Below, piece after piece: positions 1-12,500 of a stretch of DNA of 64,000 bases; position 1 is the first letter of the stretch; the number at the start of each line of letters is the position of its first letter. Made by a program: the position numbers and the translations under genes. The notes under the pieces were generated by a model. It was not told the origin of the DNA. It saw nothing but the letters and a program-made list of their open reading frames with translations, and searched no databases. The DNA is from Lytechinus pictus (taxonomy: Eukaryota), in contig NC_087245.1 of assembly GCF_037042905.1 (NCBI RefSeq), positions 38,254,001 to 38,318,000 of the forward strand. The letters are read 5' to 3'.

Positions 1-812
1 GATACCCTTAACGAGTCCATGCGCGGACCGCGTCCAAAACTGAAAAAACACCCCTCTTTAAACGTGTTTTTTTGGTCACGCGTGTGTACAGCAATATATT
101 TGACTGGCCCCCCCGGGCAACAGCTCCATCACCAACCAACCTAGAAAGCTGGCTGCCATCTGTTTCGAGGAATTTTAAAACATTTTTTTATTCATGTTTT
201 TTCCTCCTCTGTAATTGGTGAGTGGAGCCAACAGAGTTCAGCAGAACAACCAATGTAATAGAGACCGAAGGTTTTGGTCTACATGTAATTGAACACTTAC
301 CCTTGAATATATATATTTTAATTTATTATTTTTTATATATCCTATATTGACTGGTCGCCATTATACCTAGACAGGAATAACCATAGTTTCTGGGGATTTA
401 TTTAACAATTTTGGAGAGTGGAGCCAACGCAGTTCAGCGGAACAACCAAATACAGAGACTGAAGCTTTTGGTCTACATTATTTATACCCAACAAACAACA
501 TTGAAACACAAAACCTGTTTAGTTTAACATTAACAGCGAGTCAGTGCGCAGGAGTACTTAATTGGTAATTCATATTTTTTCGATGACATTGTATTTACTT
601 TCAGATTATGTATCTGCTCGGCTGCAAACTTTCTGTAATGTTTTAGATAATGTACCGTACGACTTTGAAACCTAATCAATAAAAACTAAACAGACTTGGC
701 TGAGAGTGAGAACCGAGGAGTGAATGCAACAACAGGTCTGCGATTCATTAGCCACGCCGAGGCTATGCCATGGCGGTGACAGTCCTCAGCTCAGCCTCAG
801 GCAATTCAAGGA

Positions 813-1265
813 TAGACCAAAAGCTTTGGTCTCTGTTATGTTGGTTGTTCAGCTGAACTCTGTTGGCTTCACTTACCAAATACAGAGACCGAAGTTCTAG
901 CGCGATCTGTACAGGGGACTCAATGGCCATATGTTTATGTGTATTAAGTTCGGATAAAACGGGGCTGTGAAGTTGCGCAACAGCCGAGGTAAGTCACTGT
1001 TTTTGTTCCTTTTAACTTGATTTTCCCCGTTTTTTTGGCAATTAATGCCAAAAGGGAATATTAATTTGCATTTCGGTCGTGTTAATTTTCAAAAGTTTGA
1101 TTCATTAAAGACAAAAATTGAAGAGCCCCGACGGGGGGATTTTGCATTGTAAGTCCCCTAATGGTGGCTGCACGATAGCGAGCCATCTGTGTACGAGGTG
1201 AAATTTAAAAAATTAGAAAATGTTAAAAAACTCCTCGAAACAGACGGCTGCCAGCTGTCTATTCA
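813..1265. repeat. Unclassified interspersed repeat, with an inverted copy at ~13580-14595 and end fragments at 205-480
   Basis: Shared tagaccaaaagct(t/c)ggtctctg...cagagaccgaagttcta end and ctcctcgaaacaga(c/t)ggctgccagc block. Confidence 0.7.
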
Positions 1266-4200
1266 AGGAGAGCTCGACCTGTACCTGAGCAGTCTAACTT
1301 AGGCTAAGCAGCGGCTGAGCTGAGCAGATAGCAGCCGAGGACCTAACCCAGGGACCTCCCACCCGCTGCGCGGGCGGGAGGGAGCTCCCTGGGTTACCGA
1401 GGACCATACCAGTATATTACCAAGCAAATTATATGAAAATTTCCCTAGATTCTCATGATCAAATGTAACTGGTTATGAGATTAACTTACCTAGTCCCTAT
1501 AACGATTTCAAGCAAGTTCGATGAGCGATCAAATGGTACCTGACACGAAACTTGAGTTAGACTGCGTCGAGTTAATCTAAAGACTAACTTGTTCGTTAGC
1601 AGGGGACACGCGGACAGCTACATAGAAGAGCGATCACGACAGTCACATCTCACCCAGCCCGCCCCCGGGACCCGTCCGCGCCCCGGCCTCTTTAGATTCC
1701 CGCACTCAAAACGCGAGCACTGGCGCAGCTCCGAGGCCACGCCCACGATAGAAGAGCTCACAGACGTAAAAAAAAAAGGGGTGTGGACGGGGGTGTGGAT
1801 AGATCTACAGGTCATTTGGGAAGCGAGAAAACAGTGTCCGAATGCGGATTGTATTGCAAATATGTTCACAAACAAGGCAAAAAACGGCGGGGCAAAAAAC
1901 GGCGGAGCAAAAGCAATCAGTACGCTCCAGTGTTCTAGGAGCCCCCCAACCACACAAACAGACTAGTGTTATTGTTTATACAGACTGTCAAAACCTTGCA
2001 CCTAAGTGAGCTAAACTACAGTTTTATTCTGAGCAGCCCTAAAATATTTGAATTTGGGGATACAAGGTTTTTCACATCATCAACATTGTTCTAAAAATGA
2101 GGAAATATCACACCAACAAAAAGTTGATTTGAATTTATAAAAAGAGAAGAAATGAAACTAAGCATAACACTGCCAAATTTCATAAAAATTGGATTTAAGA
2201 TAATTACAGTTATGACATTTATTAAGTTTCTGTGAGGTTTCACAAAGTATTTATATGCACATCCTGGTTGGTATGCAAATGAGGGGACTTATGACATAAC
2301 CCAAAAACTATTTCTTTTGTATCTTATTATGAAATATTTTAATTTTCTCTTTATTGTCCCTTGAAAGTTTTATTCCTCCCTAAACATATGGTATTGCCTT
2401 ATAGAAACATTTTTTGGTTCAGTAAAGTTAGTCCTATCGTAAAATCTGAAGAAAAAAACCGAAATAATTCAAACAATAAAACACAAAAAAAATAGTGAGG
2501 GACATCATCAACCCTCTCATTTACATGGCAATGTGTTTTGGATATATAACTATTTTGTGAAAAACTTTAAAATGTCATCAACTTTCGTATTTTATATCCT
2601 AGTTTATTAAAACTTTCAGCATTATGCTTGTTTGATTTTTCTGTACTGATTCAAACATCATTTTTCTAGAGGACTTGCATGACCTTTAGGGTTGGGGTGT
2701 TTTGGTAAAATGAAACATTCTTATATTCTTCTCTATTATTTCTTTTTCTTCTAAACTTGCTTTCATACCCTTCTTTCTCCCTCCCAGATTCTCAATTCCT
2801 TCCTTCATTCACTTAGTTAAGGTAAAAGAAAACATTTGTAGCAAACAATTATTTTAGAAAGTCTTTAAATGCTACCACAATTATCCTAGATCTAGTTCTG
2901 GTACATTGAAATAAACTAATCTTTGTAAAATCATGAATTCTTAGCTGAAAACTGATAATTCTGATGATCACTAACACAAAACGCATATGTGGGACAGCAC
3001 ATTAATATTGTTTGGAAAATTACCAGACATTTAATGGAATTCCGTGCTTATTTTCCTCATATCTCAGCAATTACACATTTTTTCCTGACCCATTTGCCAC
3101 ATATTTTTTTATTCATACATACAAACACTTGGGTGGTCATTTTATTGGAATCTGTTCGATCTCACTTTAAGATCATTACCACAACTGGTATGCAATTTTT
3201 GTTCCTGACAACAAAAATGAAAATTTGAGAAAATATTGCATTAAATTACATATAGGCCAGACCTATTTAGGAATATTTGGATTGATTTTATACATGGGCA
3301 TCTGATCAAAATAAATTTTTGATTTTAATTTATCCAATAAAACACATCTTTAGTTACATTATTCACATCATATCCACTTTAGGGAACTCACATTAATCTG
3401 GCAATGAATTAGAATAGCGACATGCACTTTGGGGATTTCCCAAAACTGAAGATAGGCTTTAATGCAATCTTGGATTGTAGTAACTAGGTGGCAAAAAGGT
3501 GAATTCAAAGCCAAGTTTGATCGTGGCATGTGGGTAGAATGAACATGATGAAGATGATTGCAATTTAATTCAGAAAAGGAGCGATATTGAAAGGCAACCA
3601 CATCCGAAACTTCTAGCTTTGAGAAAGTATGGACAACTACATCCATGGGTAGAAACAAAATAACAGAATAAAGCACTACAGTTCAGCAGGTTCAACTTGT
3701 GCATAATACAGAGATGATTTATTTTTCTTCCCTGCAAAATATGAATTTTAATAAGTTGACAAAACTGTGATGGCAGGCATACATTCAATTATGAACCACA
3801 TCTCTTTCTAGGACACAACTTCCCTCTTAGAACCAAACAAACAAGACATGATTAAACTATATTTGTCCGATCTATAAAAAGTAGCTACTTTTCATTGCGC
3901 ATAGATTAGGCCTAATAAAAAATGGTTATTTTGCCCTCATAAGACCCAGATCAGAGAGATGGGCTGGTCGGTCGGTTGGTTTTCTTTTTTTTTTTTTTTT
4001 TAAATACCTTTGTTGCTGCACTGCACAAAGAAATTCATGCATGGGATGATTGTCAGACATGTCAAAACACATATTAAAGCCACTGAATACAAATTTGAGC
4101 AAATTCTTTGCCCAAACCTGACATTTTCTCACAAAAAATCACTTCACTTGTATATTTTGGGTCTGCCAAAAAAAAAATAATAAAAAATGACCATGTTTTT

Positions 4201-5984
4201 CTCACATTTTAGGGTCTGTCAGATGAGGGCAATGTATTATTTTTTTAGGCTTTATAATAATTCAAATTTCACCCCGATACCTGATTCATCCCCCCCCCCC
4301 TGCCAAATGTAAACATCAGACAAGTAGATACATGTAGGTGTAAGTTTTGAACAAACAATAAAAAAGAAAAAAAGCCAAAACTTCTTTTGAACCTGCACCA
4401 ATCTGTTTTACTTATTTGTCTCCTCTCTCACACAACATTTACAGACCAAGGTTTGATTCCCCTTCAAATTGATATAAAAATCAATTAAATTTAAACTTTC
4501 ATTTTCAAATTCTACTCTTCTTCATATCATATCCATGTCATACTATAATTTTAAAGCATTCCTGAGTTAGTGCTATTCTATACTGAAGGGTAAAGTGTAC
4601 TTTGGTGTGTACATCATTAACATATCAATATTACAACGATAGATTTATACGGTAATTAGGCTAATGATGTCATGTAACCACTTTCCTTTTCTTCAATTTT
4701 CAGGAAATCATAATCATTTCCTTGTTTCATAGATGTGTGTCAAAACATGTGTCCCTTGTAACAAAAGAAGTTTCAGCAATGTTTAACTTACACATTAAAT
4801 CAGTAGTCGATCCCAATTTACATTCTTGGAGAACAAAATTTGAATTTACATAATTTCCCATGATTGCTAAAAAAGAATAAGAGGAGAGATGACACCATCA
4901 GGGGCCTGTTGCAGAAAGAGGAGCGATTAAACGCAAGTAAAAATATCAAGCGCAAGTCCCGAATACGGTTGCTTCATTAGCTGAAAATCAAGTTGCACAA
5001 GATTTTTTGAGTTTGCGTTTGATCTCAACTCTTTCTGCAATGGGCTGTTTTCACAAAATATTCATTAGAATATTCATTAGGTGGGCTGATGATGTCACAT
5101 CCCCACTTTCCGTTTTCTTATGTTATTACATAAAATCATATTTTTTCCATTATTTCATACTTGTGTGAATAATACGTCTCCCTTATAATGAAATAAGTTG
5201 CAGCAATAAAAATCTAATGCACTAAATCAGTTGTCAATCCAATTTTTCTTGTTCTTGGAGGAAAAAAATTGAATAAACCTTAATTCATATAATAAAATAC
5301 AAAAGAACAAGTGGGGATGTGACATCATCAGCCCACCTAATGAATTTTCATGACGACTGTTTTCACAAAATTTTAAAATTCAATAACTTTGTTATTTAGT
5401 ATACGATTTTGATGAAATTTTTGGCATTTTGCTAAGTGAATTCTACTCTATTTACTAAACTTAAATACTTTCAGCCCAGACCATCCCTTTAAACATCACA
5501 TTCCATTTTCTTTGGTGACATGCATTAAATATATATAAAGGCAACTGTAAAAAGCAAATGTTTTAAAGAAATGTAGGTTTCCATAGAGATATAGATTGGC
5601 AAACACATGTATGCTACACACTGAGACAAGGTTTGATGACCTGATTTTTCACCTATGCATAGTTTTCGTAAATAAAACAAATAATGCAATGATTTTGGCT
5701 TGAGATGCTAGTGACAATGTTATGTAAAAGCACTAGCCTTGTGCTGTTGTAAATAACCTTGAGTCTCCTGCATCGCTATCAAGGCGCTCACACACGTGCA
5801 TGAATATTGCACCAATAGAATAGCCTTCTGGGTCAATATCATCAAGTGATTCAAGGCATTGTTAATACTGAACATCGAGTAGAGAACCTCAGTGAAGAGT
5901 GACTTTTGGGACATATGACAATCACTGGACAATATTTCTCATTTATTCTCAAGCTAGCTTCTTCAAAGTGACTCCTGGGTATTT

Positions 5985-6295
5985 TGTAGTGCTTCTGCTT
6001 TGCTTCTGAAGAGTTACAAAAGTGCTTTCACAAGCTTTTCGACTGCTTCTGGAGAGTGTCCACACCACTTCTGCAATGCTTCCAGGGTGCTTCCTCAGTT
6101 CTTCCGGAGTGCTTCTGAAGTGTTTCCAGAGTGCTTCCTCAGTGCTTCCGGAGTACTTCTGCAATGCTTCCAGGGTGCTTCCTCAGTGATTCCGGAGTGC
6201 TTCTGACGTGTTTCCAGAGTGGTTCCTCAGTGCTTCCAGAGTGCTTCTGAAGTGTTTCCAGAGTGCTTTCAAGGTGCTTCTGCAGTGCTTCAGTC
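5985..6295. repeat. 11-bp minisatellite (AGTGCTTCNNN) with 44-bp higher-order period, in the TSEN34 3'UTR
   Basis: Successive units agtgcttccgg / agtgcttctga / agtgtttccag / agtgcttcctc recur in order. Confidence 0.9.
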
Positions 6296-6320
6296 CTGAC
6301 GAGCAGACCAACCAACATTC

Positions 6321-6508
6321 TCAACTTATACCAGCCCACTGCAGAGAGGTACAGACAACTTCTTTCTGATTATTGACCGAGCAAAGGACAACAGCCTTCT
6401 TGACAAAAGTTCCTAACCTACCATGGCTGATGAGCTCCAGTGGTGTTAGTTGTTTATGGTGAGGTACACACACTACAATGAAGTAGGAATGGAAGAGTAA
6501 TGGGTCAC
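6321..6508 (-). CDS. TSEN34: TSEN34 last coding exon
   Basis: GDPLLFHSYFIVVC...HGRLGTFVKKAVVLCS...SLQWAGIS then TGA; AATAAA on the minus strand at 5942-5947. Confidence 0.95.
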
Positions 6509-9500
6509 CTGTTGTCAAAGATAAATGTAAAAATCAAAATCAATTACAAAATTGAATTCATATGTAGTAATTAGAAGTTGTAAATCCTATATACAGTAGC
6601 CGATACCTGGTTTGAGCACCGTGTTCAATGTTTATTGGTATTCAAAGTGGCAATATGCATGAGAACAGGTGAGGTGCAATCTTAAAATCTATTCAAATCT
6701 TAAATACAGGAAGCATACAGAAAGTAGAAAGTCATATAGATGAGAGTGAAACAATAAATACTAGGAAATTTTACAGAAAAGTTGACATGTTTTTAAAGAC
6801 GAAAGGGATAAAGGAACAACCTAAAAAGAGACACTCTCAGGGGACCATTTTCAAGGACCCATGAAGAGGATACGTATCTCACTAATCAATGAAGCACAAG
6901 GTAAACATTTTGATATTCAGATTTGCAAGCAGGACATTTGAAGGATGTTTTGAAAAAAAAGATGTAAATTTCAATTCTTATAAGAAAACAGTCTCTCATT
7001 TGCCCCATCTTCTACTATACTTCAGAAAGCATTTGAAAAGCTAACATGAAAATGTACATTAAAGTCACTATTATCAAATTATTAAAGGTCAAGTTCACCC
7101 AAGTAAAATGTTGATTTGAATAGAGAAAAATCAAACTAGCAGAATGCTGAAAACTTCATCAAATCGGATGTAAAATAAGAAGACATTTTAAAGTTTTGCT
7201 CAGTTTTCACAAAACAGTGATATGCACAATTCATTGACATGCAAATGAGACAGTCTATGATGTCCCTCACTCACTATTTCTTTTGTTTTTATTGTTTGAA
7301 TTATACATTATTTTGTTTTACACAGATTTGACAAGGACCAACTTGACTAAACCATATAGTATTCAACAATGCTAATTCCACATGATCAGGGAGGAATTAA
7401 TCGTTGTTTCACTTGACAATGAGAAGAAAATTAGAATATTTCATGTAATGAAATACAAAAGAACTAGTGAGTGGATGACGTGATCAGTCTCCTCATTTGC
7501 ATACCGACCAGGATGTGCATATAACTGTTTTGTGAAATTAAGCGAAACTTTGAAATGTCATAACTTTCTTATTTTACATCCGATTTTGATGAAATTTTCA
7601 GTGTAATACTTGTTGGAGTTTTCTCTTTTTATTCAAATCAACTTTCTGTTGGGGTGGACTTTTCCTTTAATATCATGACAATTCTCTTTTTTACCTGGAT
7701 AAACCAAGAAGTCTCCACCAAACTTGGTGCCGGATGTCAGGTAGTATCCCATCTCCCAGAAATGACGGAACACCCTACATTTGAGAATCTCTCTCTCAGT
7801 AGAAGGGTATCGCCAGGCGCTAGGAGGTGCTTCCAAGATAAACTTGCTGTCTGGTGGTTCCGCTGTCAGGCAAAGATTGATACACAGATGGTTTTTAAAA
7901 ATTATTAATGAAGTCAAACCCAAGTGCCAATTAAACAAAGCTATCTGTAATTTGACAGCTGAAAATTGGGGAAGCATTATTGGCTTCTCATTCATTTTAA
8001 AACACATTTGGCTAAAGTAGAAATATGCTGCAATTTACATATACACTGTCTTTAAGAAATATTGTTTGTAAAAAGAATTTTATTTTCAAAGTTTTTTATA
8101 GACATGATTATTTGGAAAATTATCAGAAATTTCTTTAAAAATGCTTTCAGTTGACATTTTGCGGTTTCATTTCCCGTCAATTTGTTGCGAAGCTATGAAA
8201 CAGAAAGATTCTCCTATTTTAATGGATTACAAGTCCATAATTTTTTAGTATAAGATTTGTCTATTTTACATTTTTGGGTCCGGTCTGGGTCTTTAACTGA
8301 ATTCATTGCATAGACAGCATGTGAAAAAAATTACTTGGGATGATGCAATAACCAGGTTGATTATTAAGTAAAAATATTCTAAATACCACTTGAAACAGCA
8401 AATCTTTGTATACTTTCGGGATTTGTTCTACATTTATGTAGAAACATTAAGGAAACATCAAATTCAAATATAAATGGATAATTATGGATTTATATGAGAA
8501 TTCAACTACAAAGTATTATATTGTCCCATGACAAAAGGCCATAATTGACATTTAATAATTTTGGAGATAATGAGAAAAAATGTATTTGCATTTATATGAA
8601 GATATTGATAGTGTGTCATTTTTCAAATTTAGATTATGAAACGAACTGAAACTTGCGATAATCCTTTTTTGATCTACATGTCAAACTTGATGAACCAAGT
8701 CCCTTACACTACATACTTCAATTTTGAAATAAAAATGGCAGATATGGGCTTTTTTCATGGGGCATGGGGGTGGTGGCAGTATACCTATCAAGAGTTGGAC
8801 TGAGCAGCCATCTTCTTTGACGTTATCCTCCTCCTCCTGATGCATGATCGATCTCTTAGGGCAATCTTCAGGAGTCTCCTGATCAGCACAGCACTCACTG
8901 ACTTCATGAGGAGACCTTTCACTTCCATCGTTCCTCTTTACTTCGGAACTTGCACCATGCTTTTCCTCTGTTACTCCGTTATCCTGAGGCGGAGAAGATC
9001 TAGTTCTTCCTGATTTGTCCTCCAGAAATGTCCCATCTCCCTTCCTGCAAGTCTCACGGTCGTCACCTAGAGGAATGTCCCCATTTGCTTCTTCTTCCGC
9101 TGCTTTGTTTCCAGCTCTTTCATTGCTGCAACTCATTCCTTCTTTTCTCTCGTTCTCTCCCTCAACGATTGGTTCATCCAAAGAGTGAAGCCTTCCATCC
9201 ATGCCTTCCTCATTCACCAATAGGCAATCATTTCCTTCTCCTTCTACCTCTCCTATATCACCCTTGATTGTCATTTGCTCTGCAGGCTTTATTTCTTCAG
9301 CTTCCTTCTCCTTTCCCTCACAATTAGTTTCCATCTTTTCAGTAGGATCGTCTCTTTCTTCTTGCCCTGTTCTCTTGGACAACTCTTTTCCCATCTTTTT
9401 CCTTTGTTCCTTCTTTCTTCTTCTCCCTTCTTCAATCACCTCCCTCAGCTGATTCCTCTGTTCCAAGACATGCTCTTGCCACAGAAGTTTCTGAAATACA

Positions 9501-12500
9501 AAATCATATGAAGGTTTCCTTTTAATGTCAAACTTTGTTTTACTGCAAAAAAATATAAAAATCTGCACAAAAAACCAAGTAGAACTTCAATGATTCTTTG
9601 TACGACAGTAAACGGATTACACAGTGAAATTAATTTACACTATTTTTTATAGGGAAGGAGGGCTACAATTGTCTTCAATCTTATCTAGGAGTATTTTTTA
9701 ATTGATCACATGCAGCTTAAAAAACCGTGGAATATTCTTCCTTTTCTTGATAGTTTCAAAATGAATGAAAACAAATTCAAGGAAATATGGAAAATAGAAG
9801 GCAATTTCATGGGTGTAATTGTAAAGATGTAAAACGCAAAATTTCGGCAACTTTGGAGGATTTTTTTTAAATACCCCTGCTGGTTAACCCTATAAACTGC
9901 CTGTTTATTTATAGAGTTTTAACATTTTCAAAATAAACATAATGGACATTTTACCTGTTTTTTGATAGAATCCATCCTCTGTTGGTCAAAAGCCTTCACT
10001 TGGTATTTACTTGGTTTGGCTACAGACATTGTCACGAGTCTACCAACTCCTATGACAAACAAGTCAAAGAGAAATACATAAACAATCACTAAATGCATGA
10101 GAACAGTAAGGCCTCAATACGATTCCTTTAAAAATAGCGTCTTGAAAAATCATCAACTTCAATCTGGCCTAACTGATACAGAATCAACGCCTGCAATGTT
10201 TGTGAAACTGTTGGACTAATTCGATAATAGCATTCCAGTTGTGGTAATAATCGAAATATGGCTGAACAGAATCCAATAAAATGACAACCAAAGGGTTTAC
10301 AGATATGTGCCGTATGATATTTCGGAGAGAAAAGATGCAATTGCTGAGAAATTCCAGTCAGGTACAGGGTCTTTTTCCAAGCAATAATAATGAGCTGTGT
10401 GAAGGCCGAGTTGGCAATCAGCAGTGTGATTTACTTTTTTTTTTCAAATCAAATTTTTGGATTTCACAAAGACAAGTATATGACAATCCTTCTCTACAAT
10501 GATATGGTGACTATACCCGTAAGGCACTATTTTGAATTCTTTCTCATGACATAGTTTCCTGCAAGTACACGTACAGGTATATTGTGTCTTGCCCTCAAAA
10601 CCCAGATGAGAGATTATTCGTCTACTCCTCATCCAAGTTATGGAACAGCCCTCCATGGCCCAGGGAAGCATGGGTGCTAGGGGGGCTAAAGCACCCCCAA
10701 GATTTTCCTGGGGGGTGCAGCATGTGTCATTGTCTGTAGGCAGTACCCCCCCCCCCCCTGGAATTCTGGTAGGTGTGGCAATATGGAGATATCAGGGTGC
10801 TACATAACTTTTTAGAAGCACTTGCCCAATCGGGCAAGTGAATTTCTAAATAGTTGGAAAAAACTTGCCCGAAAAAAAATCTTTCAAAATAAGGTTTTAC
10901 CGCTGCAAAAGATAGAATGGTTTTATATACCATTGCCCCTTTCCTCTCTTTAGACGTGAACTATTGTACTTTGTAATTTTTTTTCAAGGAAGAAAGAAAG
11001 AAAGAAAGATAAAGGGAAGGTGAAAGAATGGGTGAAGGAAAGATTGAAGGAGAGAAAAAAAATGAAAAACAAGAGATGAATGGAGAAAAAAGAATAAAGA
11101 AAAGAAAAAAAGGTTTCCTTCATTCTTTGAATAAAGAAAAAGGGAAAGAAAAGAACAGGAAAGGAAGGGAAAATGAATTAATGGGTGAAAGAAAGAATGG
11201 AAAGAAATAAAAAAGGGGGAAAGAAAGTAAGAATGAAGGAAAAAAGATNNNNNNNNNNNNNNNNNNNNNNNNNNNNNNNNNNNNNNNNNNNNNNNNNNNN
11301 NNNNNNNNNNNNNNNNNNNNNNNNNNNNNNNNNNNNNNNNNNNNNNNNNNNNNNNNNNNNNNNNNNNNNNNNNNNNNNNNNNNNNNNNNNNNNNNNNNNN
11401 NNNNNNNNNNNNNNNNNNNNNNNNNNNNNNNNNNNNNNNNAAAAAGGAGAGAAAGAATAAGGAAAAAGAGAAGGAAAGAAGAAAATAAAGATTGAAAGAA
11501 AGGATGAAAAGAATGAAGTGAGAGAATAAAAAAAAAGAAAAATAATGGAAGAAGGAAGCAAAGAAAAAATAGAGGAAAGAAAAAATGAAGAAATTTTAAA
11601 AAAGAAGGAAAGTACATGTAAGAAAATGAAGGAAAGAAAAAAAAATTAACAGAGAGAGAAAAAAGATCAGGAAAGAAAGCTAGGAAAGATTGAAAAGAAA
11701 GATAGATGGAACAAAAAAGGCAAGCNNNNNNNNNNNNNNNNNNNNNNNNNNNNNNNNNNNNNNNNNNNNNNNNNNNNNNNNNNNNNNNNNNNNNNNNNNN
11801 NNNNNNNNNNNNNNNNNNNNNNNNNNNNNNNNNNNNNNNNNNNNNNNNNNNNNNNNNNNNNNNNNNNNNNNNNNNNNNNNNNNNNNNNNNNNNNNNNNNN
11901 NNNNNNNNNNNNNNNNNGAGCAAGGATTACTTACGGAAGGAAGAAAAAGAAAGAAAGAAAGAGGAAGAAGGATCAAATTTGAAACAAAACAAAAAATGCA
12001 ATCATGTAATAAAAATCTTGCTGATATTTCTTTTAAATATATTTTGAAAATTGTTGGAAAAATAAACGTTTTAGAAATGAATAAAAATTTACAGAGAAAC
12101 ATTGACAAACTTAAAAATCAAATGAATCATTGCGGCATCGTGGACTTGCACGCATCTTTCTTCCCACTACACCGATCACAACACTCAAAACAACAGCTGA
12201 AACTAGTAATGAAAACTCAATAACTTGCTCCTCCGATCACATCACCAAATCAGTGATCTGAGAATCCAGTATAAAAAATTTCCCGCCGATTTTGTGATTA
12301 TTTTGTTGGAAAAAGTATTTTTCATGTGAGCTTGTTCACTTTGGTTCGGAGTTTGATCGGGGATAGTACAGGTGTGCACAGCAGCATGGAGATCCATGCA
12401 TGCCTGCCACACAGGCTGGAGGCTGGGCGCACCAGCCACATGTATGCTGACTCTGTGTGTAGATCACAAAAATGTCGCAAACTGGCTTGCAATTTGAATT

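Noticed and set aside
5985-6295. miR-430/302-type seed array, and short ORFs in the TSEN34 3'UTR repeat
   Set aside because: The mRNA strand mostly has GCACUC/GCACUG, not GCACUU; the ORFs are by-products of the repeat.
11249-11917. ORFs spanning the N runs, or meaning in their equal 192-nt length
   Set aside because: Assembly or masking placeholders in low-complexity DNA.
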